In this document: in pieces, positions 37,301 through 47,000 of the stretch
Layout: the number at the start of each line of letters is the position of its first letter
Position numbering within the stretch: the first letter of the stretch is position 1
From: Prevotellaceae bacterium UBA1391
Lineage (GTDB): Bacteria > Bacteroidota > Bacteroidia > Bacteroidales > Bacteroidaceae
NCBI GenBank assembly: GCA_002305265.1
Contig: DBQP01000007.1
Span: 29,429 to 93,428, forward strand
Length of the DNA stretch: 64,000 bases
Direction of reading: 5' to 3'
Translations under genes and position numbers: made by a program
The notes under the pieces: model-generated
What the model was told of the DNA's origin: nothing
The model's database searches: none
What the model saw: only the letters and a program-made list of their open reading frames with translations

Positions 37301-37587
37301 TAGAAGTTGTCGAGCGTCTCCTCCCTTCCCGTGATGCGTATGTACGACTGGTAGAGCCTGCAAATGAGACTGATGGGGTCTGCCAGGACGAATCTGGAGT
37401 TTTGCTCGAAAATCTCACTGATGGTCGTGAATTGTGGTTCCCAAGTCGGTTTCGTGCTGACGGATTCGAGCGCTTGGATGAAGAACAGGCGCGCACGCTT
37501 GTTGGGAAATACCAGTGTGAGTTTGGAGAAGTCGCCTTGGAGTTTCTCGTATAGGTCGCTGGCGACGGTATGCAGAAATGTATTCAT
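34333..37587 (-). CDS. addB: AddB-type PD-(D/E)XK nuclease subunit of an AddAB helicase-nuclease
   Basis: 1084 aa. The C-terminal nuclease domain carries the iron-staple cysteines (...FISCPFKFY... and CRYCDYVDIC, which is CxxCx5C). Immediately downstream of the UvrD-type partner. Confidence 0.75.
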   Translation of the reverse strand: MNTFLHTVASDLYEKLQGDFSKLTLVFPNKRARLFFIQALESVSTKPTWEPQFTTISEIFEQNSRFVLADPISLICRLYQSYIRITGREETLDNFYSWGEIMLQDFDDVDNNLVPAEILFSNLEDLDALTRTDYLSENQRKAIEEFFHHFDIQTKTELKEKFLSIWNKLHDIYLDFRKELENAGEAYAGMIKRDIIERHSDDIANDCSGRIYAVVGFNVLNKTEERLFKLLQEKAENVYFYWDYDTFYLSMENGEAGRFIRHNRQLFGSALPDTHECFRGMQNPNKEITFVSAATEHAQASYVGRWIEKNVDPTEQLNETGVVLCNEKLLQSMLHAIPSNYQLNITMGFPIQQTPVSSFLIALLELQMHGFTKHSIAYINPAAASDHPAGASPVHSILRRNYLNTLLRHPYMHQLCPDSAAKLYSIILQRNMLYVDMTLLTQTEPILAQDEMLQSILSPQPDNAALLRYLHQILQAIGRTYQGTGSDEDAESRGKGAESHRKDAESHDKDAESGNKSNQEAAQKPDADTQFYSEAVFNAYTLLNRLISLHDSQMLEVQPQTLYKLIKQLLAGKSVPFHGEPAIGLQVMGILETRNLDFRNLLLLSTSDDNLPKSDRKSSFIPYNLREAYGMTTIEKRNSLYAYYFYRLIQRAERVVLLYNNSTDGLSKGEMSRFMRQLLIDLPPEQSQAIRMLTLQAENDPMSAHVLQAEKTPEVLARLYERYDWGDEGSEDAAKTVPIDVEKTSPTAIDGTERADEKPDGGVAKQTPRKKSFLSPSSINTFISCPFKFYLNYVAGVKPTEVLDEEVDSSIFGNIFHYCMEQIYSVIFPLEQELQAVDLNRLAADRTRIENLVDEGFNIHFFRKTGDAVLQRPVYNGEQQLNREVLITYVINQLGYDAQLAPLTIHAVEDGSHSKVVAIETDARTVHVKFGGIIDRIDTVTTPEGKLHRIVDYKTSSNQHKASKISTVFDPNGDNRPYHILQTLYYASIYSEQTGKSVAPALMYVKLTKEGNKQSSVCVKIGNESLTDFTASPHAGAFNSMLQAHVWEIFSPGTPFEQTLNAHTCRYCDYVDICGKMVKEDDFT

Positions 37588-37636
37588 GTTGTCGGTGCTG
37601 GGAATGGAAAGAGACTGCGTGGTGCTTTGCGCGGAA

Positions 37637-40600
37637 TCATGCCGTGTGTTGGATCTCGATGATGCGTTCGTGGTTGATGTACCAGACGAATCCGCGGATG
37701 TCGGTATAGCCTAATCCGTGCAGATGCTGCATATACTGTCTCACCTGCTCGGCGTGCTGAGGACGTTCCTTGCCTGTCTTATAGTCGATGACGATGGCTT
37801 GCTGGGCTTGTGTGATGACGCGGTCGGGACGCACGGTTGCGAGCTTGCCCGTTTGCTCGTCGCGAAAGAGGATGCAGCGCTCGTTCACCACCGTCCATTC
37901 GTGGCTGAACCATGGCTGCACCTCGGGCTTCGCCAAAGCCTGCTCTATCTGCGCCTTGATCTCGCTGCGAGTGCTGCTGTCGGGGAAGAGTCCCTTGAGG
38001 TCGAACTGCCGGATGGCGCGCTCCAAATCCTCCGGGTAGCGGATGGCGGAGAGCAGGCGGTGCACCAGCAGTCCACGGTTGATGTACTCTTGCCGGCTGC
38101 GGTCGCTTTCGTCGTCTGACTCTCCTTGAATGAAGGCGGCTGATGCGTTCGACTGCAGGAACTCAATGCTGGCGGGATGGAGGGTGAAGGCGATGTCTTC
38201 GCTTTGCTCGGTGCGTTGCAGCGCATTGGCAGTGGGGCCCTCTTCTTTCCTCACTGCGGGCATGAAAGTTCCCAGTTTGCAGGATCTGACCACAGGTCCT
38301 TGCTCCTTGCCGCTGCCTTCAGACTCGTCTTTCCCGGATTCCCCACCGCCATCTTCCGCTTCCGCAGCCTCTTCCGCATCCACTTCCACCACCTCCCAGG
38401 TCTCTTTCGACAGCGTCTGCAGCAACAGATCGGCGATGCTTCCTTTGGATTCTGAACCTCCCGCGCCGTCCTTTGCTTTGGTATTCGACTTTTCTGAACC
38501 CCTCTTGGTCGAGAACGTGACGTACAGATTGTTTTCGGCACGTGTGAATGCCACGTAAAGCAGGTTGAGGTTGTCCACGTAGGTCTTGCGTATTTCCTCC
38601 TTGACGTCGGCGGCGAAGATGGATTCCACAGCGCTCTTCGTACAGTCGACGGGGGCGAGCGGCAGTTCGTCGTAGGGGGCAACCTTGGGCTCGCACCATA
38701 TCTGATGGCTGCTCTTGACGGTCATTGGCCATTCGCAGAAGGGCACGATCACATGCTTGTACTCCAGTCCCTTGGCCTTGTGGATGGTGAGAATGCGGAT
38801 TCCCTCCAGGCTGCCGTTGGCGATGGTCACCTCCGAGAGCGCTTCGTCCCAGTACTGAAGCAACGCGTGGATGTCTGATGGACGATCGGCAAGATAGGCG
38901 GTGAGCCTGTCGAGGAAGAGGAACATGTAGGCATCCTGATGCGGGATGCGATCGACCTGGAAGAGGCTGTGCAGTTCCTCGACGAGCAACAGGAGGGGCT
39001 TGAGCGCCAGCTGCTCCATGCCCGACGAGAAGGCTTCGGGCAACAGTTTCCTCAAGGTGTCGGCATCGCTCAGGAACAGGGACTCTGCCGCCTCCACCTC
39101 CGTTTCGCCTTCTCCGCGCGTTTGCTTGAGGTAGTGGAACACGAGGTTGGCCAGCGCCATGTGGTCGTCCGGCGCATCCAGCACGCGCAGGGCGTGGATG
39201 ATGAGCGTGACGGCAGGCGAATAGTCGAGCCGGAAGGCCTCGTCGCTCACGATGCGGATGAACGGTTGGTTTGCCTCGCTGAACTTCAGCCTGCGCACCT
39301 CGTTGAAGTGGTTGATGATGTCGGGAATATTTTTCTTGTAGCGCAAGAGGATGGCGATGTCGCTCACACGTTCTCCCTTCACTTCGACAAGGTCGTGGAT
39401 GATGTCACTGATTCGCTCCAGCTGCTCGAAGATGGCGTCATCCTTTCCGTTGCTGTCCACCTCGATGTGTGTGAGGCTGACCAGGCCCTTGCCCTGCATG
39501 CTCTCTTTCGTGTCCTGCTGGAGCACGCGCGGCTCGTAGGCGCGCAGGATATCATCGGATTCCACGCCCGTTTCCTGCTTGCAGATCTCGGCCAGCCGAA
39601 CGGATGCCTGCTTGAAGCAGGCGTTGTTGAAGTCGACGATTGTCTGCGCGCTGCGGTAGTTGGTGTGACTTTCAATGAGCCCGATGTAGGGCTCGAAGTC
39701 GCCTTTCTCGATGTTGTTGAGAATGGTCCAGTCGCCGTTGCGCCAGCGGTAGATGCTCTGCTTCACGTCGCCCACAAGCAAACATTCATGATTTTGCGAG
39801 AGGCTGTTCATCAGCATCGGCTCGAAGTTGTTCCATTGCAGCTGCGAGGTGTCCTGAAACTCGTCGATCATGATGTGGTGGAAGCGTGTGCCCGTACGCT
39901 CGTAGATGAACGGCACGTCGCCCTTCACTATCATCTCGGCGAGGAAATGCGCCGTGTCGGCCAGCAGAAAGCGGTTGGCGTCGGCATTGAGCGTGCGCAC
40001 CTTGCTGTTGATCCAGTTCAGAATCACCAGGTGGTTGAGGTGTTTCCGGATGATCATCACCGAGTGGTCGGCGATATGAAACTGCTCCACGACTTTGGCC
40101 GCCTCTCGCAGGATGGGAAGCAGCACCTCGTTGGCCGTGTCGTTGTATTCCGCATACTCTTTCTTGAACCATGCACCGCCATTTTCTATCATGTTGATGG
40201 TGGTCGAAGAAGTGATGTTTGGCACTTCCCCGTTTCCCAGCTTCTCGAAGAACTTCCGTGGCATGCCTGCTTGACCGTTCAGCCCCTCCATCGGCAGGCC
40301 GGCTCGCTCGCCTGCCTCCATGAAACGCTCGTACCAGCCGTCGAGCTGCCGTTTCTTCTCCTCCAGCAGGTCGTCCAGCGCCTTCTTGTAAGGCACGAGC
40401 GAACGGCTGTCGCTGATTTTCTCTCTCACGTCCTGGTTGCGCGCCAGATATTCCTCCTTGAAGATGGCTCCGCCAAAATTGATGATTTCCTTCAGCGGGT
40501 TCCAGTTCTTGTTCTCGTCGATTTTCTCATTGATGTAGGATAGGAAGGTCTTGAGCCGCTCCGTGTCCTGCGGCAGTTCGTCGATGATTTCGGCCACGGC

Positions 40601-41041
40601 CTCTGCCAGCACTTCCTTGCTGTTGAGGTCGACGCGCAGGTTGGCCGTGAGGTTCAGCTCGCGGGCCAGCTCGCGGATGATGCTCTGGAAGAAGGAGTCG
40701 ATGGTCTCGATGCGGAAGCGGGTGTAGTCGTGTGCGATCTTCGAGAGCGCCATTCTGCAACGCTCGCGCACGGCGGCCTCGTCGAGCCCTTTCTCGCGGA
40801 TGTAGGGGGCTTCCATCACCTGCTGCAGGTAGCCGTCCGACTCCTTCAGTCCGTGGCCCACACCATAGAGCTGGCTGAGGATGCGTTGCTTCATCTCAGC
40901 CGTGGCCTTGTTGGTGAACGTCACGGCCAGGATGTGGCGGTAGTTGTCCGGATTCCGCACCAGCAGCTTGATGTATTCCACAGCCAGCCGGAATGTCTTT
41001 CCGCTGCCAGCCGACGCTTTGTAGATGTTGAGAGGTTTCAT
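37637..41041 (-). CDS. addA: AddA/RecB-type UvrD helicase-nuclease subunit
   Basis: MKPLNIYKASAGSGKTF (helicase motif I), UvrD/REP motifs throughout, and a C-terminal PD-(D/E)XK module (...RPDRVI...IVIDYKTGK...). Start at 41041, or at 41047 (MTMKPL). Confidence 0.8.
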   Translation of the reverse strand: MKPLNIYKASAGSGKTFRLAVEYIKLLVRNPDNYRHILAVTFTNKATAEMKQRILSQLYGVGHGLKESDGYLQQVMEAPYIREKGLDEAAVRERCRMALSKIAHDYTRFRIETIDSFFQSIIRELARELNLTANLRVDLNSKEVLAEAVAEIIDELPQDTERLKTFLSYINEKIDENKNWNPLKEIINFGGAIFKEEYLARNQDVREKISDSRSLVPYKKALDDLLEEKKRQLDGWYERFMEAGERAGLPMEGLNGQAGMPRKFFEKLGNGEVPNITSSTTINMIENGGAWFKKEYAEYNDTANEVLLPILREAAKVVEQFHIADHSVMIIRKHLNHLVILNWINSKVRTLNADANRFLLADTAHFLAEMIVKGDVPFIYERTGTRFHHIMIDEFQDTSQLQWNNFEPMLMNSLSQNHECLLVGDVKQSIYRWRNGDWTILNNIEKGDFEPYIGLIESHTNYRSAQTIVDFNNACFKQASVRLAEICKQETGVESDDILRAYEPRVLQQDTKESMQGKGLVSLTHIEVDSNGKDDAIFEQLERISDIIHDLVEVKGERVSDIAILLRYKKNIPDIINHFNEVRRLKFSEANQPFIRIVSDEAFRLDYSPAVTLIIHALRVLDAPDDHMALANLVFHYLKQTRGEGETEVEAAESLFLSDADTLRKLLPEAFSSGMEQLALKPLLLLVEELHSLFQVDRIPHQDAYMFLFLDRLTAYLADRPSDIHALLQYWDEALSEVTIANGSLEGIRILTIHKAKGLEYKHVIVPFCEWPMTVKSSHQIWCEPKVAPYDELPLAPVDCTKSAVESIFAADVKEEIRKTYVDNLNLLYVAFTRAENNLYVTFSTKRGSEKSNTKAKDGAGGSESKGSIADLLLQTLSKETWEVVEVDAEEAAEAEDGGGESGKDESEGSGKEQGPVVRSCKLGTFMPAVRKEEGPTANALQRTEQSEDIAFTLHPASIEFLQSNASAAFIQGESDDESDRSRQEYINRGLLVHRLLSAIRYPEDLERAIRQFDLKGLFPDSSTRSEIKAQIEQALAKPEVQPWFSHEWTVVNERCILFRDEQTGKLATVRPDRVITQAQQAIVIDYKTGKERPQHAEQVRQYMQHLHGLGYTDIRGFVWYINHERIIEIQHTA

Positions 41042-41069
41042 GGTCATGGTTTGTGCACTTCGTTCCACA

Positions 41070-41077
41070 CAAAGTTA
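41070..41077 (-). promoter_or_regulatory. Bacteroidota -7 box (TAACTTTG on minus strand) for addA-addB
   Basis: Plus strand reads CAAAGTTA, 29 nt upstream of the ATG at 41041. Confidence 0.4.
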
Positions 41078-41224
41078 CGTTTTTTTTCCGACAGTTCGCC
41101 TTCTGTCGCCGAATATTTTCATCATTGCCGTGCGTCGCTCACACCGCAGTCGGGAGTGTCCGCCGCATGCAGTGGGGCGCAGCGGGCTTCGGAGCATCTT
41201 CCGCTGCGCGCGGTCGTGCGTCGG

Positions 41225-41278
41225 GGAGGCCTTCGTGGCGTGTCGGGAAGGCCTTCGTGATGCTGCAAGAAGGCCTTC
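41225..41278. repeat. Triple-palindrome element, locus D: GGAGGCCTTC-N12-GAAGGCCTTC-N12-GAAGGCCTTC
   Basis: 10-mers start at 41225, 41247 and 41269, spaced 22 bp. Confidence 0.9.
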
Positions 41279-41404
41279 TTGTCTTTTCCGTGCCCAGCTG
41301 CAGCCATGTGGACGGCGCCTATGGCGCGAAGCGGAGCTGTAGTGTGGCGGTAGTGGCGTGCAAAGTAGCGGGTGCTTTGTTCGGCGCATATCAGAAAAAA
41401 ATGA

Positions 41405-41412
41405 TATATTTG
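41405..41412 (+). promoter_or_regulatory. Bacteroidota -7 box (TATATTTG) for rarA
   Basis: Match to TAnnTTTG, 21 nt upstream of the ATG at 41434. Confidence 0.45.
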
Positions 41413-41433
41413 CAAGAAAGTAAACGGCAAGCT

Positions 41434-42732
41434 ATGAAACCACTGGCAGAGCGTCTGCGGCCGCAGACATTGGAGGACTATATCGGACAGGAGCATCTCG
41501 TGGGCCCCGACGGGGTGATTCGTCGCATGATTGAGCAGAAACGGGTGGCCTCGTTCATTCTGTGGGGCCCTCCGGGGGTGGGCAAGACGACGCTGGCGAA
41601 CATCATTGCCAAGCGGCTGGAGGTGCCGTTCCACACGCTGTCGGCTGTGACGAGCGGCGTGAAGGACGTGCGCGACGTGATTCTGAAGGCGCGGTCGAAC
41701 ACGGGACTTTTTGCCCAGCACGGCACGCCGATTCTCTTCATCGACGAGATCCACCGCTTCTCCAAGTCGCAGCAGGACTCGCTGCTGGGCGCCGTGGAGC
41801 AGGGCATCGTGACGCTGATTGGCGCCACGACGGAGAATCCCTCGTTCGAGGTCATCCGTCCCCTGCTGAGCCGCTGCCAGGTGTATGTGCTGAAGTCGCT
41901 GGGCAAGGACGACCTGCTGCGCCTGCTCGACCGCGCTCTCACGAAGGACCTTTGGCTGAGGGAACAGGATGTGGAGCTGCGGGAGACGGGGGCCATGCTG
42001 CGCCAAAGCGGGGGCGACGCGCGCAAGTTGCTGAACATTCTCGAACTGACGGTGGAGGCGGCGCTGTCGGCGCGGACATCGGAGACGGAGAAAATCGTCG
42101 TGACCGACGCGCTGGTGCTGAAAAGCATTCAGCAGAATCCGCTGGCCTACGACAAGGACGGGGAGATGCACTACGACATCATCTCGGCCTTCATCAAGAG
42201 CATCCGCGGCAGCGACCCCGACGCCGCGCTCTACTATCTGGCCCGTATGATCGAGGGCGGGGAAGACCCGCTCTTCATCGCGCGCCGGCTCGTGATCAGC
42301 GCCTCGGAGGACGTGGGCCTGGCCAACCCCAATGCCCTCCTGATGGCGAACGCCTGTTTTGATGCCGTGCAGAAGATTGGCATGCCGGAGGGGCGGATTC
42401 CGCTGGCCGAGGCTACGGTCTATCTGGCCACGAGCCCGAAGAGCAATTCCGCGTATCAGGCCATCGACGAGGCGCTGGCCTTCGTGCGCCGTACGGGCAA
42501 TCTGGAGGTTCCGCTTCCGATTCGCAATGCGCCGACGGAGCTGATGAAGGAACTGGGCTACAGCGACGGCTATCTCTACTCGCACGACTTTCCCGACCAT
42601 TTCGTCGAGCAGCAGTTTCTGCCCGACGAGGCGCTGGGCCAGCGCTTCTGGCATGCGCAGCCACACACGGCGGCAGAGGCGCGGCTGTGGGAACAGATGA
42701 AGCGCTGCTGGGGCACGCGCTACGAGCAGTAG
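41434..42732 (+). CDS. rarA: Replication-associated recombination protein A (MgsA/RarA AAA+ ATPase)
   Basis: ORF 41053..42732, trimmed to MKPLAERLRPQTLEDYIGQEHL... at 41434. Walker A motif GPPGVGKTT and a C-terminal MgsA domain. Confidence 0.9.
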   Translation: MKPLAERLRPQTLEDYIGQEHLVGPDGVIRRMIEQKRVASFILWGPPGVGKTTLANIIAKRLEVPFHTLSAVTSGVKDVRDVILKARSNTGLFAQHGTPILFIDEIHRFSKSQQDSLLGAVEQGIVTLIGATTENPSFEVIRPLLSRCQVYVLKSLGKDDLLRLLDRALTKDLWLREQDVELRETGAMLRQSGGDARKLLNILELTVEAALSARTSETEKIVVTDALVLKSIQQNPLAYDKDGEMHYDIISAFIKSIRGSDPDAALYYLARMIEGGEDPLFIARRLVISASEDVGLANPNALLMANACFDAVQKIGMPEGRIPLAEATVYLATSPKSNSAYQAIDEALAFVRRTGNLEVPLPIRNAPTELMKELGYSDGYLYSHDFPDHFVEQQFLPDEALGQRFWHAQPHTAAEARLWEQMKRCWGTRYEQ

Positions 42733-42767
42733 GGTCGCACGCACCAACCGGTTTGAAACGCAACGGG

Positions 42768-42874
42768 CCGCGAAGGGCTCGCATGCGCAGGAGTCTGATG
42801 ATTTCCGACCTGCTTTCCGTACGATAGAAGCGGAGATGCAGGGGAAGACTCTTGCGCATGCGAGCCCTTCGCGG
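42768..42874. repeat. Large inverted repeat (28-bp arms, 51-nt spacer) between convergent rarA and the ROK kinase gene
   Basis: Left arm CCGCGAAGGGCTCGCATGCGCAGGAGTC (42768-42795). Right arm GACTCTTGCGCATGCGAGCCCTTCGCGG (42847-42874). There is one G/A difference, which is a G-U pair in RNA. Each arm contains the 12-bp palindrome CTCGCATGCGAG. Confidence 0.85.
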
Positions 42875-43007
42875 CTCGTTGTGGGATGGAGGGAGAGGCT
42901 GCGGCCGTTGTGGCATTCAGCCGTTTGATGGCAATATTCAGCAAACGTCCGGTCGGGAAGACGCAACGGCTGTTGTGATGTTCAGCCTGTCTGCGCGGCC
43001 CGAGGCT

Positions 43008-43982
43008 TCATTCAGAGGCCGTCAGCGCCGCTGCTCCGAGGATGGCTGCGTTGGTGTTCATGAGGGATGAGACGAGAATCTTTGTCTTTCCGCGGAAAAC
43101 CGGCATGACATTGCGGTCGTAGGCCTCCTGGATGGGGCGGAGGATGAGGTCGCCGGCGTGCATGAGTCCGCCGAAGAGGATGTAGGCCTCGGGTGAGGAG
43201 AAGGTGGTGAAGTCGGACAGTGCCTCGCCCAGAATCTCACCTGTGCGCTGGAAGATCTGGAGTGCTATGGCGTCGCCCTGGTTGGCGGCAATGCTCACAT
43301 CCTTGCTCTCGAGCTTGTCGGGGTCGATGTCGCGCAGGAGGCTGGGTGTGTCGGAGGCCTGCAGCAGCTCGCGGGCTGTGCGAACGACGCCTGTGGCGGA
43401 GCAGTAGGTCTCGAGACATCCGCAGCGTCCACATCCGCAGCGTCGCGCTGTGGCGGTGCGGTTGATGACGAAATGGCCCAGTTCGCCTGCAAATCCGTCA
43501 CTTCCGTAGACGAGTTTTCCGTCGATGACGATGCCGGATCCGACGCCCGTGCCGAGCGTGATCATGATGAAGTTCTTCATGCCGCGGGCTGTGCCGTAGA
43601 CCATCTCGCCCATGGCTGCCGCATTGGCGTCGTTGGTAATGTAGGTGGGGATGCCCAGCGCGAGGTGGAACATCTCGGCGAGCGGCACAATGCCTTTCCA
43701 CGGGAGGTTGGGCGCCAGTTCGATACAGCCGGTGTAGAAGTTGCCGTTGGGTGCGCCGATGCCCATGCCCTTGATGCGCTCGATGCCGCCGACATTGGCG
43801 ATGAGCGGACGGATGCAGGCTACGCTGGCCTCGACGAAGGTGTCGGCCGTGGGATATTCCTGTGTGCGGATGGAGGCCTCCTGAAGGATGCGCCCGTCTT
43901 CATTGACGATGCCGAAGACGGCGTTGGTGCCACCGATGTCGACACCAATGGAGAGGGTGGGTATGCTGTTGAGGGTGTTCAT
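43008..43982 (-). CDS. ROK family sugar kinase (glucokinase-like)
   Basis: LSIGVDIGGTNAVFGIV (ATP-binding motif) and the ROK zinc motif ...GELGH...CGCGRCGCLE.... Confidence 0.85.
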   Translation of the reverse strand: MNTLNSIPTLSIGVDIGGTNAVFGIVNEDGRILQEASIRTQEYPTADTFVEASVACIRPLIANVGGIERIKGMGIGAPNGNFYTGCIELAPNLPWKGIVPLAEMFHLALGIPTYITNDANAAAMGEMVYGTARGMKNFIMITLGTGVGSGIVIDGKLVYGSDGFAGELGHFVINRTATARRCGCGRCGCLETYCSATGVVRTARELLQASDTPSLLRDIDPDKLESKDVSIAANQGDAIALQIFQRTGEILGEALSDFTTFSSPEAYILFGGLMHAGDLILRPIQEAYDRNVMPVFRGKTKILVSSLMNTNAAILGAAALTASE

Positions 43983-44039
43983 GACTTGAGCGTTGGTTGA
44001 ATGGATGGTTTGGAAAGCGGTTGGTTCGGAGGCGAAGGC

Positions 44040-47000
44040 CTATTCGAGCAGTTTGTGGAGGGCCTGCTCGTTCTCGTTCTCGCCGTAGTAGGCCACGAAC
44101 TCTTTCGGGGTCATGCCGAAGAAGTCGTGGAAGTTGCTGGAGAAGTAGCTGTGGGAGGAGAATCCCACGCGGTAGGCAGCCTCGCTGATGTTCACCTGCT
44201 TGTTGGCCAGCATCCAGGCTGCTTGCTTGAGCCGCACGGAGCGGATGTAGGCATTGGGCGAAATGCCGCAAAGTTTTTTGAGCTTGCGGTTGAGGTGGAC
44301 GCGGCTGATGCCGACTTCGGCGGCCAGACTGTCGACGGAGAAGTCGCTGTCGTCGAGGTGGTTGATGATGGTCTGGCGAATGTTCTGCATGAGTCGGTCG
44401 TCGGCAGAGTCAGAAACGGTGGAGGCGTATTCGGCGGTCATCTGCGTGCGGCGTACCTTCAGGAGAATCTGGTCGCGCAGACGGGTGACTTGCGCGATGG
44501 CGCTGAGCAGCATCTTGCTGTTGAACGGTTTGGGGAGGAAGTGCTCGGCCTGGAGTTCGACGGCCTGCAGATGGTTCTTGGCATCCGACTCGGACGTGAG
44601 GACAATGACGGCAATCTGGTCGGTCTCTGGGTTGGACTTGATGCGTCGGAGCAGCTCGAATCCATTGCCGTCGGGCATGTTGATGTCTGTCACGACGATG
44701 TCGGGACGTTCCTTCAGCAGCTGCTTCCAGGCGGTATTGCCGCTCTTGGCTGTCGACACATCGTAGTCGCCGTCGAGATGCTGGCGCATGTATTGCAGCA
44801 GTTCGCCGTCGTCGTCGACCAGCAACACTTTGTAGGGACTGTTCTCAGCCTTCGGCCTCTCGGACTGAGGGGGGGCTTTTTCTGCTCCAGTTTCGGGCTG
44901 GGTGGTGACGTCGTCCGCATCCTCCGCTGCGTCGTTCGCATCGTCGGCGGCGTCGTCCGTGTCATCGGTGGTGTCATCCGTCGTGGACGAAACTTCGTCT
45001 GGCTGGGGTTCCAACAGCTTGTCGTCGGGAATGACGTATGGCGGAATAGAGGCGTCGACTGCCAGTTCTTCTTCGGAGAGGAAGGCGAAACCGAGCGGAA
45101 TGCGCACGATGAATTCGACGCCGTCGGGCTCAAGGTTGCGTGCAGAGACGGTGCCGTGGTGCAGACGGGTGATTTCCATGGCCAGGTTGAGTCCGATGCC
45201 CGAGCCGCTGCGCTCTTGCTGAGGAGGCGCCTGGTAGAAGCGTTCGAAGATTCGGGTCAGGTCTTTCTCGTTGATGTGGGAACCGCTGTTGTAGACGGTG
45301 AGCTCCGCATATTCGGCAATCAGACTGTTGGGCAGCACGAGCGAGCCATCCGCTGCGATGTTGGAATGGCGCCGGATGCGCAATATAATGCGTCCGTTGG
45401 CCGGTGTGAACTTGATGGCGTTGGAGAGCAGGTTGTTGATGATTTTCTCGAAATGGATGGGATCGATCCATGCTGTCGGTGACTTCTGCTCGCTCTCGAT
45501 GGTCAGGTCGATGTTGCGGACCATGGCCATGCCCTTGAAGGAAGTGAGGAGGGCGCGGACATAGCGCAGCAGGTCTATCTCCTGGAAGTGGAGCGTGAAC
45601 TGCCCGTTGTCGATCTTGCGCACGTCGGTAATCTGATTGACCACGTTGAGCATGCGGTTGCAGTTGCGTTCCATGATCTGATAGTTGTCCTGCGTCTCTG
45701 AGTCGGACGCACGGCTCATGAGTTCTTTCAGCGGCGAAATGATCATGGTGAGCGGTGAGCGGAGCTCGTGGGCGATGGACGTGAAGAGACGGAGCTGCGC
45801 CTCCTTCACTTCTGCCGTGTGTATCGAATGGCGCAAACGTGCCTTCGCACGTCGACGCTCCTTCACGTTGCGATAGATGGTGTAGACGATGAACAGTGCG
45901 ATGAGCGCATAGATGATGAAGGCCCACCACGTGGCATAGAAGGGTGCGGGGATGTAGATTTGCAGAATGGCTTCGCTCATTTGGGCCTGGTCGGGCTGTT
46001 CGAGGTCGATGTTGTTGTCTTCGAAGAAGGCAACGACGCGGAGCTTGTATGTTCCGGGTGTGAGATTGGCGTAATAGGCCTGCGGATTTTTGGCGGAGGC
46101 GGTGTGCCAGATTTTCTCATAGCCTTCCAGTCGGTAGGTGTAGCTGACGCGGCTGGGCTCGCTGAATTCGGGTACGGAGAAGGACACAAGTATGGCGTGA
46201 TCTCCGACTCGCAGGCGCGCCGATGTGGCGTGGAGGATGGAGGAGTTCAGCGTATTCTCGGCGCTATCGACATAGATGACGTTGTGGTTGTTGACACGGA
46301 GGCCTGTGAAGCGCACTTGCTTGATGCGCTGTGAGCGTTGCAACACCTCTTTCGGGTTGAAGAGGAGGACGCCATTGTCTGCTCCGAACATCATCCGATT
46401 GTCCTGAAGGTGAATGGAGGCACAGCGGTGGAACGCTCCCATGTTGTTTCCGGAGAACGAAGTGTAGGTCCGCATCTCACCGGTCTTGAGGCTGATGCAG
46501 TACAAAGCCCGGCGTGTCGTGAACCAGATGTGTGTCGGGGTGGGCTGGATGGCGATGATCGACAGGCCGCGGGTCTTCTCCGTCCATGCGGCTTCTTCTA
46601 TTTGGAATGACTGCTTGTCGGCGACATAGATGCCGTCATTTGTTCCCAGAAAGACTTGGTTGCGGTCTTCTGCGATGTCTTCGACGTTGATGACTTTTTT
46701 GTCGGGGAATGTAACGGTAGTCGCCTGGTTGCTGATGGGGTTATAACAGCATAGGTTGTTGATGTCTGCAATCCATAAGATGCTGTTGCTGTCGATGTGG
46801 AACATGTTCGCCCAAGCAAACGGATAGTTGTTGGGCATGATCCGGTTGATGGTCTGCTTGTTGATGTTGACGGCATAGAGTCCGTCGCCATTGGTGAGCG
46901 CATAGAGGATGTCGGTGCGCTTGTCGTAGGTGAGGGACATCACGTTCATATCAGCCAGTGGACCGACAAACGGTGGTGTGGAGACAACGCCGTTGCTCAA

